DNA from: Anaerolineales bacterium
GTDB lineage: Bacteria > Chloroflexota > Anaerolineae > Anaerolineales > DRKV01
Length of the DNA stretch: 64,000 nt
NCBI GenBank assembly: GCA_034429745.1
Contig: DAOUFY010000123.1
Span: forward strand, 895-64,894
Direction: 5' to 3'
Both the position numbers and the translations under genes were made by a program. Positions 38,162 to 47,004 of this stretch are shown here, piece after piece (the stretch's first letter is position 1; the number at the start of each line of letters is the position of its first letter). Below the pieces are notes generated by a model, which saw only the letters and a list, made by a program, of their open reading frames with translations, was not told where the DNA came from and did not search any database.

Positions 38162-40504
38162 TTATTGTTTTTGTTGTACAAGCTGCCATAAACGGCACGG
38201 ATCCAGTGGCGATTCTAATATCTCCACTCCTTCATCCTTCAGCGCATTTTCAACAGCGGAGGCGAATGCCGCCGGCGTTGGAATTGCACCGGCTTCGCCA
38301 ATTCCCTTCGCACCTAATTGGTTCAAGGGAGATGGAGTGGACAAGTGGGCTAATTCCATCTTGGGTGGCATATCCGTTGATACCGGCAGCAAATAATCCA
38401 TCAGTGAAGCATTAAGCAGCTGACCGTTCTCGTCATACACCATCCGTTCATAAAATGAATTGCCAATCCCCATAGATACGCCCCCCATAATCTGACCATC
38501 CAGGATCAGCGGATTGATCACTGTACCGCAATCATGGGCAATAACAAAGCGTTTAATCTGCACTAAGAAAGTCTCCGGATCAACTTCAACAATCATAGCT
38601 ACAGCGCCTTGCCCTGTTGCACCATGCGGCGGTCCATAAAATGCAGTTGCTTCTAAGCCGGGTTCCATATTGGGATCAATCGTGCCGCGCGTTGGGTTCG
38701 CCCGCATTGCCAATTCTCCCAAAGTAACGAATTTGCTAGGTACATCGGCTATACGCACTACACCATCGGCTAATTCCAACTCTTCTACTGGCGCACCCAA
38801 GACGCTGCTGGCTATTTGCAGCGCTTTATTCCGTACTTTGGTTGCGGCGGAATATATTGCATTGCCTGCCACTGTTGCTCCGCGGCTGGCAAAAGTCCCC
38901 GCTCCCCAATGGAAATGTCCTGTATCACCTGTAATAACGCGTACATCCCTTACGCTTACACCTAGCTGTTCCGCTACAAGTTGCGCAAAGGAAGTAAAAT
39001 GCCCTTGTCCTTGGGTACTGATGCCAGTTACTACAGTAACTTTGCCACCGCCATCTACATTAACCCGCGCTCCTTCATACGGACCAACGGCAGTCCCTTC
39101 TACAAAGCATACTACCCCTATGCCTACCTTTTTGCCTTCTGCTCTCAAACGCGGTTGTTCCTCTTTGATAAATTTTTCGTAGCCAATAATCTCTACCGCT
39201 TTCTTAAGCGTTGCAGGATAGTTGCCACTATCTAACACGTTCTCAACAAAATCTTGCCCAATTATCCCTGTCTTATAAGGGAATTGATTAGGCTGAATCA
39301 TGTTCTTTAAGCGCAGCTCAACCGGGTCTATGTTCAATTCTCTTGCGGCAATATCTATCATCCTTTCCATAACATAGACGCCATACATCCTGCCCGCACC
39401 GCGTACCGGGGTTACGACCATTTTATTTGTAAAGACCATAATGACCCGCGTGTAGAAATTAGGAATGTCATACGAGCCGGTGGTGTGGGTTTGCGTGTTT
39501 AGCGGTACCGTCATTCCGTACGGGTCATAAGCTCCCGTATTATGATAAAATACGTCCTTCAAGCCCAAAATGCGCCCATCTTTCGTCAGGGCAATTTCTA
39601 CATCATGAATTTGGTCACGCTCCGACGTCGTCGCTAAGAAATTTTCTCGTCGATCCTCTACCCATTTAATAGGACGTTTGAGCTTCATGGAGATCCACGG
39701 TAAAAGCACATCATCTGCCTGAGATGTCATAATCTTAGGCCCAAAACCGCCTCCCACAAAGGGGGTAATCAACCGTACTTGCGAGGCAGCCAAGCCTAAA
39801 TTAGCGGCGATAGTATTGCGCAGAGGGATAGGTGCTTGACAATTGCTCCAGCAAGTCATGGTTTGTGTCTTTTCATCCCAATCCACGATAAAGCCGCGGT
39901 TTTCCATAGCACCCGATGCGCCTCGGTCAATATAAAAGCGCCGCTTTATCACGACATCTGCTTTAGCTGCAGCCTCTGCATAATTTCCATGTTCTTGCTG
40001 CACATCAGCAGCAAGGTTTGTGCCTAAATCATCATGCACCAACGGCGAATTAGGCTCTAAAGCCTTTTCAAGATCCGTTACCGCCGGTAATGGCTCTAAA
40101 TCTACAATTATGTCTGCCAAGGCGTCCTCAGCAATATAGCGGCTTTCTGCAATAACCACCGCTAAAGGTTCGCCGGAAAAGCGCACCTTATCCTTAGCAA
40201 TCGGTGGCAATGGTCTAGCATTGAACTTCGCTCCCGCTATGGCTAAAGGTGGCGGCACTTGCAGAGGACCTACATGCCAGTAGTCTCCAAAATCCTCTGC
40301 TGTATATACAGCTACAACCCCAGGACGCTGTTTAGCTGCCGAAGTATCAATGGATTTAATTCGCGCATGCGCATAATCACTGCGCAAAAAAGCCGCATGC
40401 AGCATGCCCGGCAGATGAATATCATCTAGAAACAAAGCACTGCCGCTTAATAATTGCGCATCTTCGTTTCGGGTTATTCGTTGTCCAATTATTTTGTACG
40501 ACAT
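38162..40504 (-). CDS. Molybdopterin-binding large subunit of a xanthine dehydrogenase-family hydroxylase
   Basis: 780 aa with PVRGAGR and C-terminal KGIGEAGAIP (catalytic Glu region). It lacks the VAYRCSFR loop of true CO dehydrogenases. Confidence 0.85.
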   Translation of the reverse strand: MSYKIIGQRITRNEDAQLLSGSALFLDDIHLPGMLHAAFLRSDYAHARIKSIDTSAAKQRPGVVAVYTAEDFGDYWHVGPLQVPPPLAIAGAKFNARPLPPIAKDKVRFSGEPLAVVIAESRYIAEDALADIIVDLEPLPAVTDLEKALEPNSPLVHDDLGTNLAADVQQEHGNYAEAAAKADVVIKRRFYIDRGASGAMENRGFIVDWDEKTQTMTCWSNCQAPIPLRNTIAANLGLAASQVRLITPFVGGGFGPKIMTSQADDVLLPWISMKLKRPIKWVEDRRENFLATTSERDQIHDVEIALTKDGRILGLKDVFYHNTGAYDPYGMTVPLNTQTHTTGSYDIPNFYTRVIMVFTNKMVVTPVRGAGRMYGVYVMERMIDIAARELNIDPVELRLKNMIQPNQFPYKTGIIGQDFVENVLDSGNYPATLKKAVEIIGYEKFIKEEQPRLRAEGKKVGIGVVCFVEGTAVGPYEGARVNVDGGGKVTVVTGISTQGQGHFTSFAQLVAEQLGVSVRDVRVITGDTGHFHWGAGTFASRGATVAGNAIYSAATKVRNKALQIASSVLGAPVEELELADGVVRIADVPSKFVTLGELAMRANPTRGTIDPNMEPGLEATAFYGPPHGATGQGAVAMIVEVDPETFLVQIKRFVIAHDCGTVINPLILDGQIMGGVSMGIGNSFYERMVYDENGQLLNASLMDYLLPVSTDMPPKMELAHLSTPSPLNQLGAKGIGEAGAIPTPAAFASAVENALKDEGVEILESPLDPCRLWQLVQQKQ

Positions 40505-40518
40505 AGGATTACCTCACA

Positions 40519-41007
40519 CTATGCTTTCTTAGCCGCAGCTAATTTCTGAGCAGCCAATTCCACTGAATCAATGATGAACTCATAGCCGGTGCAGCGGCAA
40601 ATATTGCCGCTAATTGCTTCTCTAATCTCTTCCCGCGAGGGATGAGGATTTTCTTCAAGGAAAGCAGTTACCGTCATGAGAAAACCGGGTGTGCAAAAAC
40701 CACATTGCAAACCATGCTTTTCACGAAAAGCTTCCTGAATTGTGTGCAGATGATCCTTGTCGCCTAAGCTTTCGACAGTACGCACTTCATGATTATTTGC
40801 CTGTACTGCAAACATTAAACAAGAACGCACTGGCTTTCCATCAAAAAGAACAGTACAAGCTCCGCACACGCCGTGTTCACATCCAACGTGCGTTCCTGTC
40901 AATCCAAGCTCATGACGGATGAAATCGCTTAATAACATCCGCGCCTCTACATTGCGTTCATAAATCGTGCCATTTACATTGACTTTAACAGGGTAAAGCT
41001 TACTCAT
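40519..41007 (-). CDS. [2Fe-2S]-binding small subunit of the Mo-hydroxylase
   Basis: Cys motifs CEHGVCGACTV and CGFCTPG ... CRCTGY. Start at ATG 41007 behind AAGGAGG. Confidence 0.9.
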   Translation of the reverse strand: MSKLYPVKVNVNGTIYERNVEARMLLSDFIRHELGLTGTHVGCEHGVCGACTVLFDGKPVRSCLMFAVQANNHEVRTVESLGDKDHLHTIQEAFREKHGLQCGFCTPGFLMTVTAFLEENPHPSREEIREAISGNICRCTGYEFIIDSVELAAQKLAAAKKA

Positions 41008-41008
41008 C

Positions 41009-41887
41009 TTAACCTCCTTGAGCAGCACGCGCAAAGGCTACTTTCAGCGTATGTTGGACCAGCACTTTGGCTAAATGCCGCCGATATTCAGCTGTCGCGT
41101 GAATATCTGATCCCGGATCGATCTCTTTGGCAGCTTGTTCCGCTGCAGCTCGTATCCCTTCTTCTGATGGCTTTTGCCCAATTAAAAGCTGTGCTGCTTG
41201 TGGCACTGCTAGGGGTGTTTCTCCTACAGCAGAAAGCACCATCCTTGCAGCTTTGCAAGCACCCTTTTCATCCAACGTTACTACCGTAGAACATCCGACT
41301 AACGACGTTGCACCTTTCTGGCGGGCTACATGCTGATAGCACGTGCCTGTACGCGGCGGTAAAGGCGGTATAGCTATCTCCACCAGCATTTCGCCCGGGT
41401 CCACTGCCGGCGTGAAAGGTCCCATAAAAAAGTCTTCTGCAGCTACCCAGCGTTCTGCGCTCTTGCTTTTCACCAACAACTTAGCTTGCAGAGCCAAAAC
41501 TAAACCCGGAGCTTGCCCAGCCGGGTCTGCATGAGCAACTGCCCCTCCAAACGTACCCCGATTCCGTATCTGTGGATGGGCTACGTGGGGCATTGCCTCA
41601 TGAATCAAAGGTGCCTTCTTCTCAATTAAAGGGTCATGCTCAACAGTGCTTGAGCGTGTCATCGTCCCTATCAACAACCCGCCATCTGCAGCAGGTTTAA
41701 TATAAAATAATTCGCTGATATTGTTTAAGTCAACTAGCGCAGCTGGTTGCGCCATCCGGAAATTCATTGCCGCCACTAGGCTTTGACCTCCGGCCAGCAC
41801 TTTACCGTCATATCCAAGTTGCGCCAGCGTATCCAAAGCCTCTTCAAGTGAAGTCGGTGCATAATAATCAAATGGAGCTGGCTTCAT
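41009..41887 (-). CDS. FAD-binding medium subunit of the Mo-hydroxylase
   Basis: AGGQSL motif and the CoxM/XdhB-like pattern FDYYAPTSLEEAL. Start at ATG 41887 behind AAGGAGG. Confidence 0.85.
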   Translation of the reverse strand: MKPAPFDYYAPTSLEEALDTLAQLGYDGKVLAGGQSLVAAMNFRMAQPAALVDLNNISELFYIKPAADGGLLIGTMTRSSTVEHDPLIEKKAPLIHEAMPHVAHPQIRNRGTFGGAVAHADPAGQAPGLVLALQAKLLVKSKSAERWVAAEDFFMGPFTPAVDPGEMLVEIAIPPLPPRTGTCYQHVARQKGATSLVGCSTVVTLDEKGACKAARMVLSAVGETPLAVPQAAQLLIGQKPSEEGIRAAAEQAAKEIDPGSDIHATAEYRRHLAKVLVQHTLKVAFARAAQGG

Positions 41888-41895
41888 AGTTCGAT

Positions 41896-41947
41896 GCCTC
41901 CTTAACTTCCTCAAGGAGGCTTAGCAAGACCATCTCTAAGCCTCCTT
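41896..41947 (-). promoter_or_regulatory. Intercistronic RNA element: SD-like / anti-SD / SD triplet able to form two alternative hairpins
   Basis: On the mRNA, AAGGAGGCUUAG (comp. 41936-41947) pairs perfectly (12 bp) with CUAAGCCUCCUU (comp. 41913-41924). The same CCUCCUU can instead pair (8 bp) with the true SD AAGGAGGC (comp. 41896-41903). Confidence 0.5.
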
Positions 41948-41962
41948 TGATAACACTCGTTC

Positions 41963-43636
41963 TTATTTTCCTTCTTTGAAAGCTACGAACCTTCCCCACA
42001 TAGATTCTGCTTCCATAGCCTTCTGCAGGTAGCAGCCAATATAATAACGCCCACTCTTGGCATGAGCTATATCACCCGCTAAATTCTCAGCATGAACAAT
42101 GCGTTTGGGGAATAGATTCAAGTGCATATCCTGATAATATTCATCCAATGGATACATCTCATCCCAATCCTTGCCAAAATCTCGTTTTAGTTTTTCATTG
42201 GCTTCAGCAAAGGTCTTAGGATGCCAAATACGCATAATAGTATTCATAGGATGATCCGCACTCACGGCATCTACACCAATCCACTTGATTTGCATATCTG
42301 CAGCCCATTTTGAGAAATCTGGTGAAGGACCTGGATGTTTAACCATGTATCTAAACTCATCCGATTCTGGACTGCACCAGCCATATTTGTTCCAACCCGT
42401 TTTAATGACGAGAATATCTCCTTTGCGAATATCAACGACATCATGTATCATCTTTGGAGTATAAACACTCGAATCGCTTACAAGATGCGAAATATCTGCA
42501 ATAACACCTGGTCCTACCCATTCATTCAATGGCACCTGTCCAATTGTACGCCCGGCCGGGTAGAAGTGTTTTTCACCATCCATATGAGTGGCAAGGTGAA
42601 TGCTGGCATTGCAGATAGAGCCATTGCGCCCCATTCCAAAGTATTGACCACCCACTCGTTTAGTGTATGTTACACTCAAAGGAACATAGTTCAGCCATTG
42701 TGGAGTTTGCACGCTGAAGGGAACCGTCATATCCAGCATTTCAGCAGCTTCCATCTCCTTCATGAACTCCGCTTCACTCATCCACTCCGGCGCTTGATAA
42801 GCTACTACCCTTGCCCAAGCGGTCTCTACTTCCATAAAAGGAATCGGCATAATAGCAATCCAAGCTCGTTGATTCTTCAGCTTGTCTATTTCGCCTACTA
42901 TCGACTCTACAAAGACCAAGTGAGCCTTGGGCATTGTGATATGCGTCATCTCGTAGTACTCATCCTGCGGGAACATTTCGTCCCAACTCTTGCCGTATTC
43001 CTTCTTTAGCTTTTCCTCAGCGCGCTTAAAATGATTCTCATGCATACGGCGGATAGGCGTATTCATGGGGTGCTCTGCACAACCGCAGTCAACACCAATA
43101 ACCTTCAGCTTCATATCCAAAGCCCACTTATAAAAATCCGGCGATGGACCAGGATGGCGTACTAAGAAACCAAACTCTTTCGATTCCACTCCCCCTTGGG
43201 CATGCTCATTGAATACATCCGGCTGATCAAATGAATAGCGGTGATAGCCAGTATTGATAATGAGAATATCGCCTTTTTCAACTTTGGCTTTTTTCATAAT
43301 CATTTCCGGCGTGTACAAACTGTAATCCGAAACCATATCTGAAATATCTACAATCCCGCCGGGACCGCATAAATCCTTAAGAGGAATATCGCTGATAGCG
43401 CGCCCACCTGAATGAAAGGCGCGTTCACCAACTAAGTGCGTTCCAACCGTATTGCTCCAGTTAAGAATCTGCCCATTCGCGCCTTGTCCACCGCCATAAG
43501 CGCCTGTTACCCTTTTGAAGAAATGGATCTCCAGTGCTTTTTCCCCAGGCCAAGGCGGAGTGAAAATACTGCAGTCCTGGGTCAGATCGTACATTTTGGC
43601 TTCAGCCATCATTTTAATAAACTTCTCGCGATCCAT
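41963..43636 (-). CDS. Tandem cyclase-family (kynurenine-formamidase-like) hydrolase
   Basis: Two homologous halves (VRHPGPSPDFYKWALDMKLKVIGVDCGCAEHPMNT and VKHPGPSPDFSKWAADMQIKWIGVDAVSADHPMNT). The metal motif HLATHMDGEKH is present only in the second half. Start at ATG 43636 behind GGAGG. Confidence 0.65.
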   Translation of the reverse strand: MDREKFIKMMAEAKMYDLTQDCSIFTPPWPGEKALEIHFFKRVTGAYGGGQGANGQILNWSNTVGTHLVGERAFHSGGRAISDIPLKDLCGPGGIVDISDMVSDYSLYTPEMIMKKAKVEKGDILIINTGYHRYSFDQPDVFNEHAQGGVESKEFGFLVRHPGPSPDFYKWALDMKLKVIGVDCGCAEHPMNTPIRRMHENHFKRAEEKLKKEYGKSWDEMFPQDEYYEMTHITMPKAHLVFVESIVGEIDKLKNQRAWIAIMPIPFMEVETAWARVVAYQAPEWMSEAEFMKEMEAAEMLDMTVPFSVQTPQWLNYVPLSVTYTKRVGGQYFGMGRNGSICNASIHLATHMDGEKHFYPAGRTIGQVPLNEWVGPGVIADISHLVSDSSVYTPKMIHDVVDIRKGDILVIKTGWNKYGWCSPESDEFRYMVKHPGPSPDFSKWAADMQIKWIGVDAVSADHPMNTIMRIWHPKTFAEANEKLKRDFGKDWDEMYPLDEYYQDMHLNLFPKRIVHAENLAGDIAHAKSGRYYIGCYLQKAMEAESMWGRFVAFKEGK

Positions 43637-43671
43637 AATAATTAAACCTCCAAATCGCAACTGCTAAAAAA

Positions 43672-44916
43672 TTATATGTTATATTTCTCGGCAAACGCAA
43701 CCAGTGCATCTTCGAAGATGTTGGCTGGCGGGCTGACTACACCGGCTCCAACTTGACCCACTCCGGGGTCTTTATGAGCTACACCAGTGTTAACCCGTGG
43801 CAGCAAGTTCTTTTCAATAACCTTGCGAATATCAATTCCAGTCGGTGTGCCGCGAAAATCCAAGAATGGAATAGTGAAGAACTTATGCTCAGCATAAGTA
43901 ATTTCATACATGTCTAAAGTGGTATTAATCGCATCCTTTGGTGTCCCGCTGATAAAGGTTACAATCGCTGGCGCGGTTGCCATTGCGAAACCACCGATTC
44001 CTGCTGTTTCCGTGATGGTGCTGTCCCCAATATCCGGGTTTGCATCCTTTTCAGTAAAACCGGGGAAGTACAATGCTTTTACCTTGCCCGCCGGACCAGT
44101 AAACCATTGATCTCCCAAACCGCTAACTCGAATGCCAAAATCAGTACCGTTGCGTGCCATGACTGTTACAATCGTACTGCCTTCAATATTATGTCCTGCA
44201 TCGCACATTGTCTTGCAGGAAGCCATGACCGGGTTTAATACGCTCAAAGCGTTATCACCCAAGAACTTTATCACCTCACCGGCTGTTTTAGTATCTTTTG
44301 CAGTTCTCGCGATACCCGGCGCCAGGGCAACGGTGAACTGGATCGAGGCTGCGTCCAAACGGTTATGGCCATCATCCCCCATGTGCAATGCCTTCCCAAG
44401 CAAAGCGCGCATATCTACACCACCCACATCTTCGATGGCGGACTTTACGGTCGGACCAAGAACACTTTCCATCCAACGCACTTTCTCAATTACATCATCA
44501 CTATAAGCACCCATGCGCATTACTTTGCCGCGCCCCTCATTGAGGTTGGAATATGCGCGATTGCCATGTGTCTTATTCTCAATAATATAAACCAGCATAG
44601 AAGGAGAAATCACACCTGCCATAGGTCCTACCGCAGCATGATGATGGCAAGGAGCAAATTCCACTTTACCCTTCTTAATGAGGGCTTCAGCTTCATCCCA
44701 ATTCTTTGCCATTCCTTCAAAAATCATCGCCCCCACGATATTCCCTTTCATTGGTCCGGCCATCCGTTCCCAAGTAATGGGGGGACCAGCATGCAAGAAC
44801 AAGTTCTCCTTCATTCCCGGTATCACTTCAATGGCTTTGCCCATCCCAATAAGTACTGGATGAGCATCCATCATCCGTGTTACAGTCTCGGTATTAGCCT
44901 TTTCAATATCAACCAT
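43672..44916 (-). CDS. DUF1116 protein (YlbE-like)
   Basis: Motifs LHAGPPITWERMAGPMKG, CHHHAAVGPMAG, NLNEGRGKVMRMGAY, FGIRVSGLGDQWFT and GDSTITETAGIGG match my recollection of E. coli YlbE. It directly follows fdrA. Start at ATG 44916 behind GGAGG. Confidence 0.8.
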   Translation of the reverse strand: MVDIEKANTETVTRMMDAHPVLIGMGKAIEVIPGMKENLFLHAGPPITWERMAGPMKGNIVGAMIFEGMAKNWDEAEALIKKGKVEFAPCHHHAAVGPMAGVISPSMLVYIIENKTHGNRAYSNLNEGRGKVMRMGAYSDDVIEKVRWMESVLGPTVKSAIEDVGGVDMRALLGKALHMGDDGHNRLDAASIQFTVALAPGIARTAKDTKTAGEVIKFLGDNALSVLNPVMASCKTMCDAGHNIEGSTIVTVMARNGTDFGIRVSGLGDQWFTGPAGKVKALYFPGFTEKDANPDIGDSTITETAGIGGFAMATAPAIVTFISGTPKDAINTTLDMYEITYAEHKFFTIPFLDFRGTPTGIDIRKVIEKNLLPRVNTGVAHKDPGVGQVGAGVVSPPANIFEDALVAFAEKYNI

Positions 44917-44934
44917 AATAACCTCCAACAAAGA

Positions 44935-46671
44935 TCACTTTTGCTGCTTCATGCGCTGCAGAATCGAAGCCAATTTCTCATTGCCGCCCGCCGGAGGTCT
45001 CCAATCCACATGCATGACCTCAACCTTTTGGGCAATCAAGTTTTGAGCGAATGACTCTAAACCAACGTTAATGGCAACGACCGGTTTTTTAATCACATCC
45101 AAATCTACCGGCTTGAAGGAAAAAGCCTCTTGAGTCTCTTCTTGGTTAAGCGCTTGCACTAATGCTCCCGCATAGCGCACAACCACCTCATTATCTACAT
45201 CAACCCAAGCTCCCGCCTTTTTCAACTGCGCTATTTGGTTGTTGATGTTTTGTGGATCCTCATCTGTACCTGTAACCACTACCGCTACTTCAAGGTAACG
45301 TCCAGCTTTTTCAGCCAGCGCTTTAGCCTCAGCAATCGCTGGCGCCAGTTCGCTGGCAGGATCAGGATGTGAACCATACCCAATGACAACATCCAGCATA
45401 ATTACTGCGACAGAGGGATCAGCCGCCTCTTCCATCAGCCGTCGAATGCGCAGTTCATTATCCATCATGGGGTGCAAACGACCAACGGTGAACTCATCTT
45501 CTCCCAAATCCACAATACAATGCTCCTGGCTGACCAATGAATTGGGCAGCTTGTCCTCCTTGTTTATTGGGGCGTTGGCTAATACCCGCGGCAAATAATC
45601 CTTTAGAATGTGCTGTGCTTCATAGGCTAAAGTTCCGCCAGAAAACAGACCGCGGAAATACTTTTGCCCTGCAGCGAATTTACTGACAGGGAGCTCCACT
45701 TTGCGCTGCTGTTTGCCGCCGGCGCCCGATTTCACTAAATCCACTGCTATCCGCGCCGCATCATCTAAACCGCTAGCAAAGATCAAGTTATCCATCTCTC
45801 TGCTGCGAGAAACATACCCCACAAAACTGATCACTACCGGCTTGCCAGCTGCCTTTGCCTTTTCCAATACTTGCTGAGCTACTTTAGGTGCAGGCGGTTT
45901 TGAAACCAAAACTATCACTTTCGTATCCGCATCGCGGCTCAAGGCATCCAGACCCATCAAAAACGTTTTCGCCCCCACTTTTTCTGATAAATCGCGTCCG
46001 CCGGTGCCGATACCAAAAGTCATACCGCTGCCTAATTGATGAATGCGCGACGACACCTGTTGCAGCCCAGTCCCTGCCGCTGCCACTACGCCGATTGGAC
46101 CCAACCTCACTTTATTGGCAAATCCTAACCCTATACCGCGCACTACAGCTGTACCGCAATCAGGACCCATTACCAGCAAGCCTTTCTGGGCTGCCATCTC
46201 TTTAAGAGATATTTCTTCTTCTACCGGCACATTATCGCTGAAAAGAAACACATGCTTTCCAAGCGACAGCGCATCGCGGCTAACGCCCGCTGCATACCGT
46301 CCTGCAACTGAGACCAACACCCACTGAGATTCGGGAAGCGCTTTCGCGGCTGATTCAACACTTTGTGGCCGATACTCTTGTTCAATGGTTGAGCGGCGCT
46401 GTGTAAGCAGCTCATCCAGACGAGCCAACGCTTGGTCTGCAGCGGTCTCCGTATCGGCACGTACCACTACAACCAAATCATCCGCTTTTGCACTTTCCAC
46501 TTCAGGGGATAATAAATCAATTCGGGCAAGGAGTTCCTTATTCGTATCCGTGCCCATCACAACACCCGCGTCTTGCACGCCAGGCAAATCAGAAAAGGTG
46601 CGCTGAAGCTGCATAAGAAACGCAGAATCATAATACGCACCTCTGCGGATAACCGCCTTTATTGATGACAT
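44935..46671 (-). CDS. fdrA: FdrA-family protein (succinyl-CoA-synthetase-alpha-like)
   Basis: 578 aa with a CoA-ligase-like core (GPDCGTA, IGVVAAAGTGLQ). It pairs with the DUF1116 gene as in E. coli fdrA-ylbE. Confidence 0.75.
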   Translation of the reverse strand: MSSIKAVIRRGAYYDSAFLMQLQRTFSDLPGVQDAGVVMGTDTNKELLARIDLLSPEVESAKADDLVVVVRADTETAADQALARLDELLTQRRSTIEQEYRPQSVESAAKALPESQWVLVSVAGRYAAGVSRDALSLGKHVFLFSDNVPVEEEISLKEMAAQKGLLVMGPDCGTAVVRGIGLGFANKVRLGPIGVVAAAGTGLQQVSSRIHQLGSGMTFGIGTGGRDLSEKVGAKTFLMGLDALSRDADTKVIVLVSKPPAPKVAQQVLEKAKAAGKPVVISFVGYVSRSREMDNLIFASGLDDAARIAVDLVKSGAGGKQQRKVELPVSKFAAGQKYFRGLFSGGTLAYEAQHILKDYLPRVLANAPINKEDKLPNSLVSQEHCIVDLGEDEFTVGRLHPMMDNELRIRRLMEEAADPSVAVIMLDVVIGYGSHPDPASELAPAIAEAKALAEKAGRYLEVAVVVTGTDEDPQNINNQIAQLKKAGAWVDVDNEVVVRYAGALVQALNQEETQEAFSFKPVDLDVIKKPVVAINVGLESFAQNLIAQKVEVMHVDWRPPAGGNEKLASILQRMKQQK

Positions 46672-47004
46672 TGAAACCTCCTGCTATAAAAACAATCAAA
46701 AGGGGTTTGTAACAAAAATAACCTATACTCGCCCCTTTTTATAAGGGCATTATAACACAACTTTTTAAAATTGGGAAGCGTTTTCAAGAAATAGTCTTCT
46801 TCAATTTCATAATACCCGTAAAAAGGATTCGTTATCTATGTTCCTAGATTTCCTTCGGCTATTACCTTATTCACAAGCATTCCATACACCCCCACTGGCT
46901 AAATTAATTATCGAGATCTCCTTCTGTCTGAACAGGCAAGAAAACTGCACATAATTTGCCGGCAAGACCATAATCAAAGCTGTGAAGGTATTTTATGCTT
47001 CGTT

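Noticed and set aside
38162-41887. Aerobic CO dehydrogenase (coxMSL) call for the three-subunit Mo enzyme plus CoxG
   Set aside because: The large subunit lacks the form-I active-site loop VAYRCSFR (it has PVRGAGR). The operon context (permease, cyclase, fdrA) points to heterocycle hydroxylation.
42335-45054. Long antisense ORFs (224 aa at 42335-43009, 229 aa at 44365-45054, 124 aa at 44132-44506)
   Set aside because: They lie opposite genes with strong family motifs (cyclase, DUF1116, FdrA). They have no SD and odd composition (His/Ile/Asn-rich).
46708-46749. AAAAGGGG...CCCCTTTT inverted repeat upstream of fdrA as a regulatory hairpin
   Set aside because: It has 8-bp arms but a ~26-nt loop, and I found no convincing promoter or terminator context. 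It is too weak to call.
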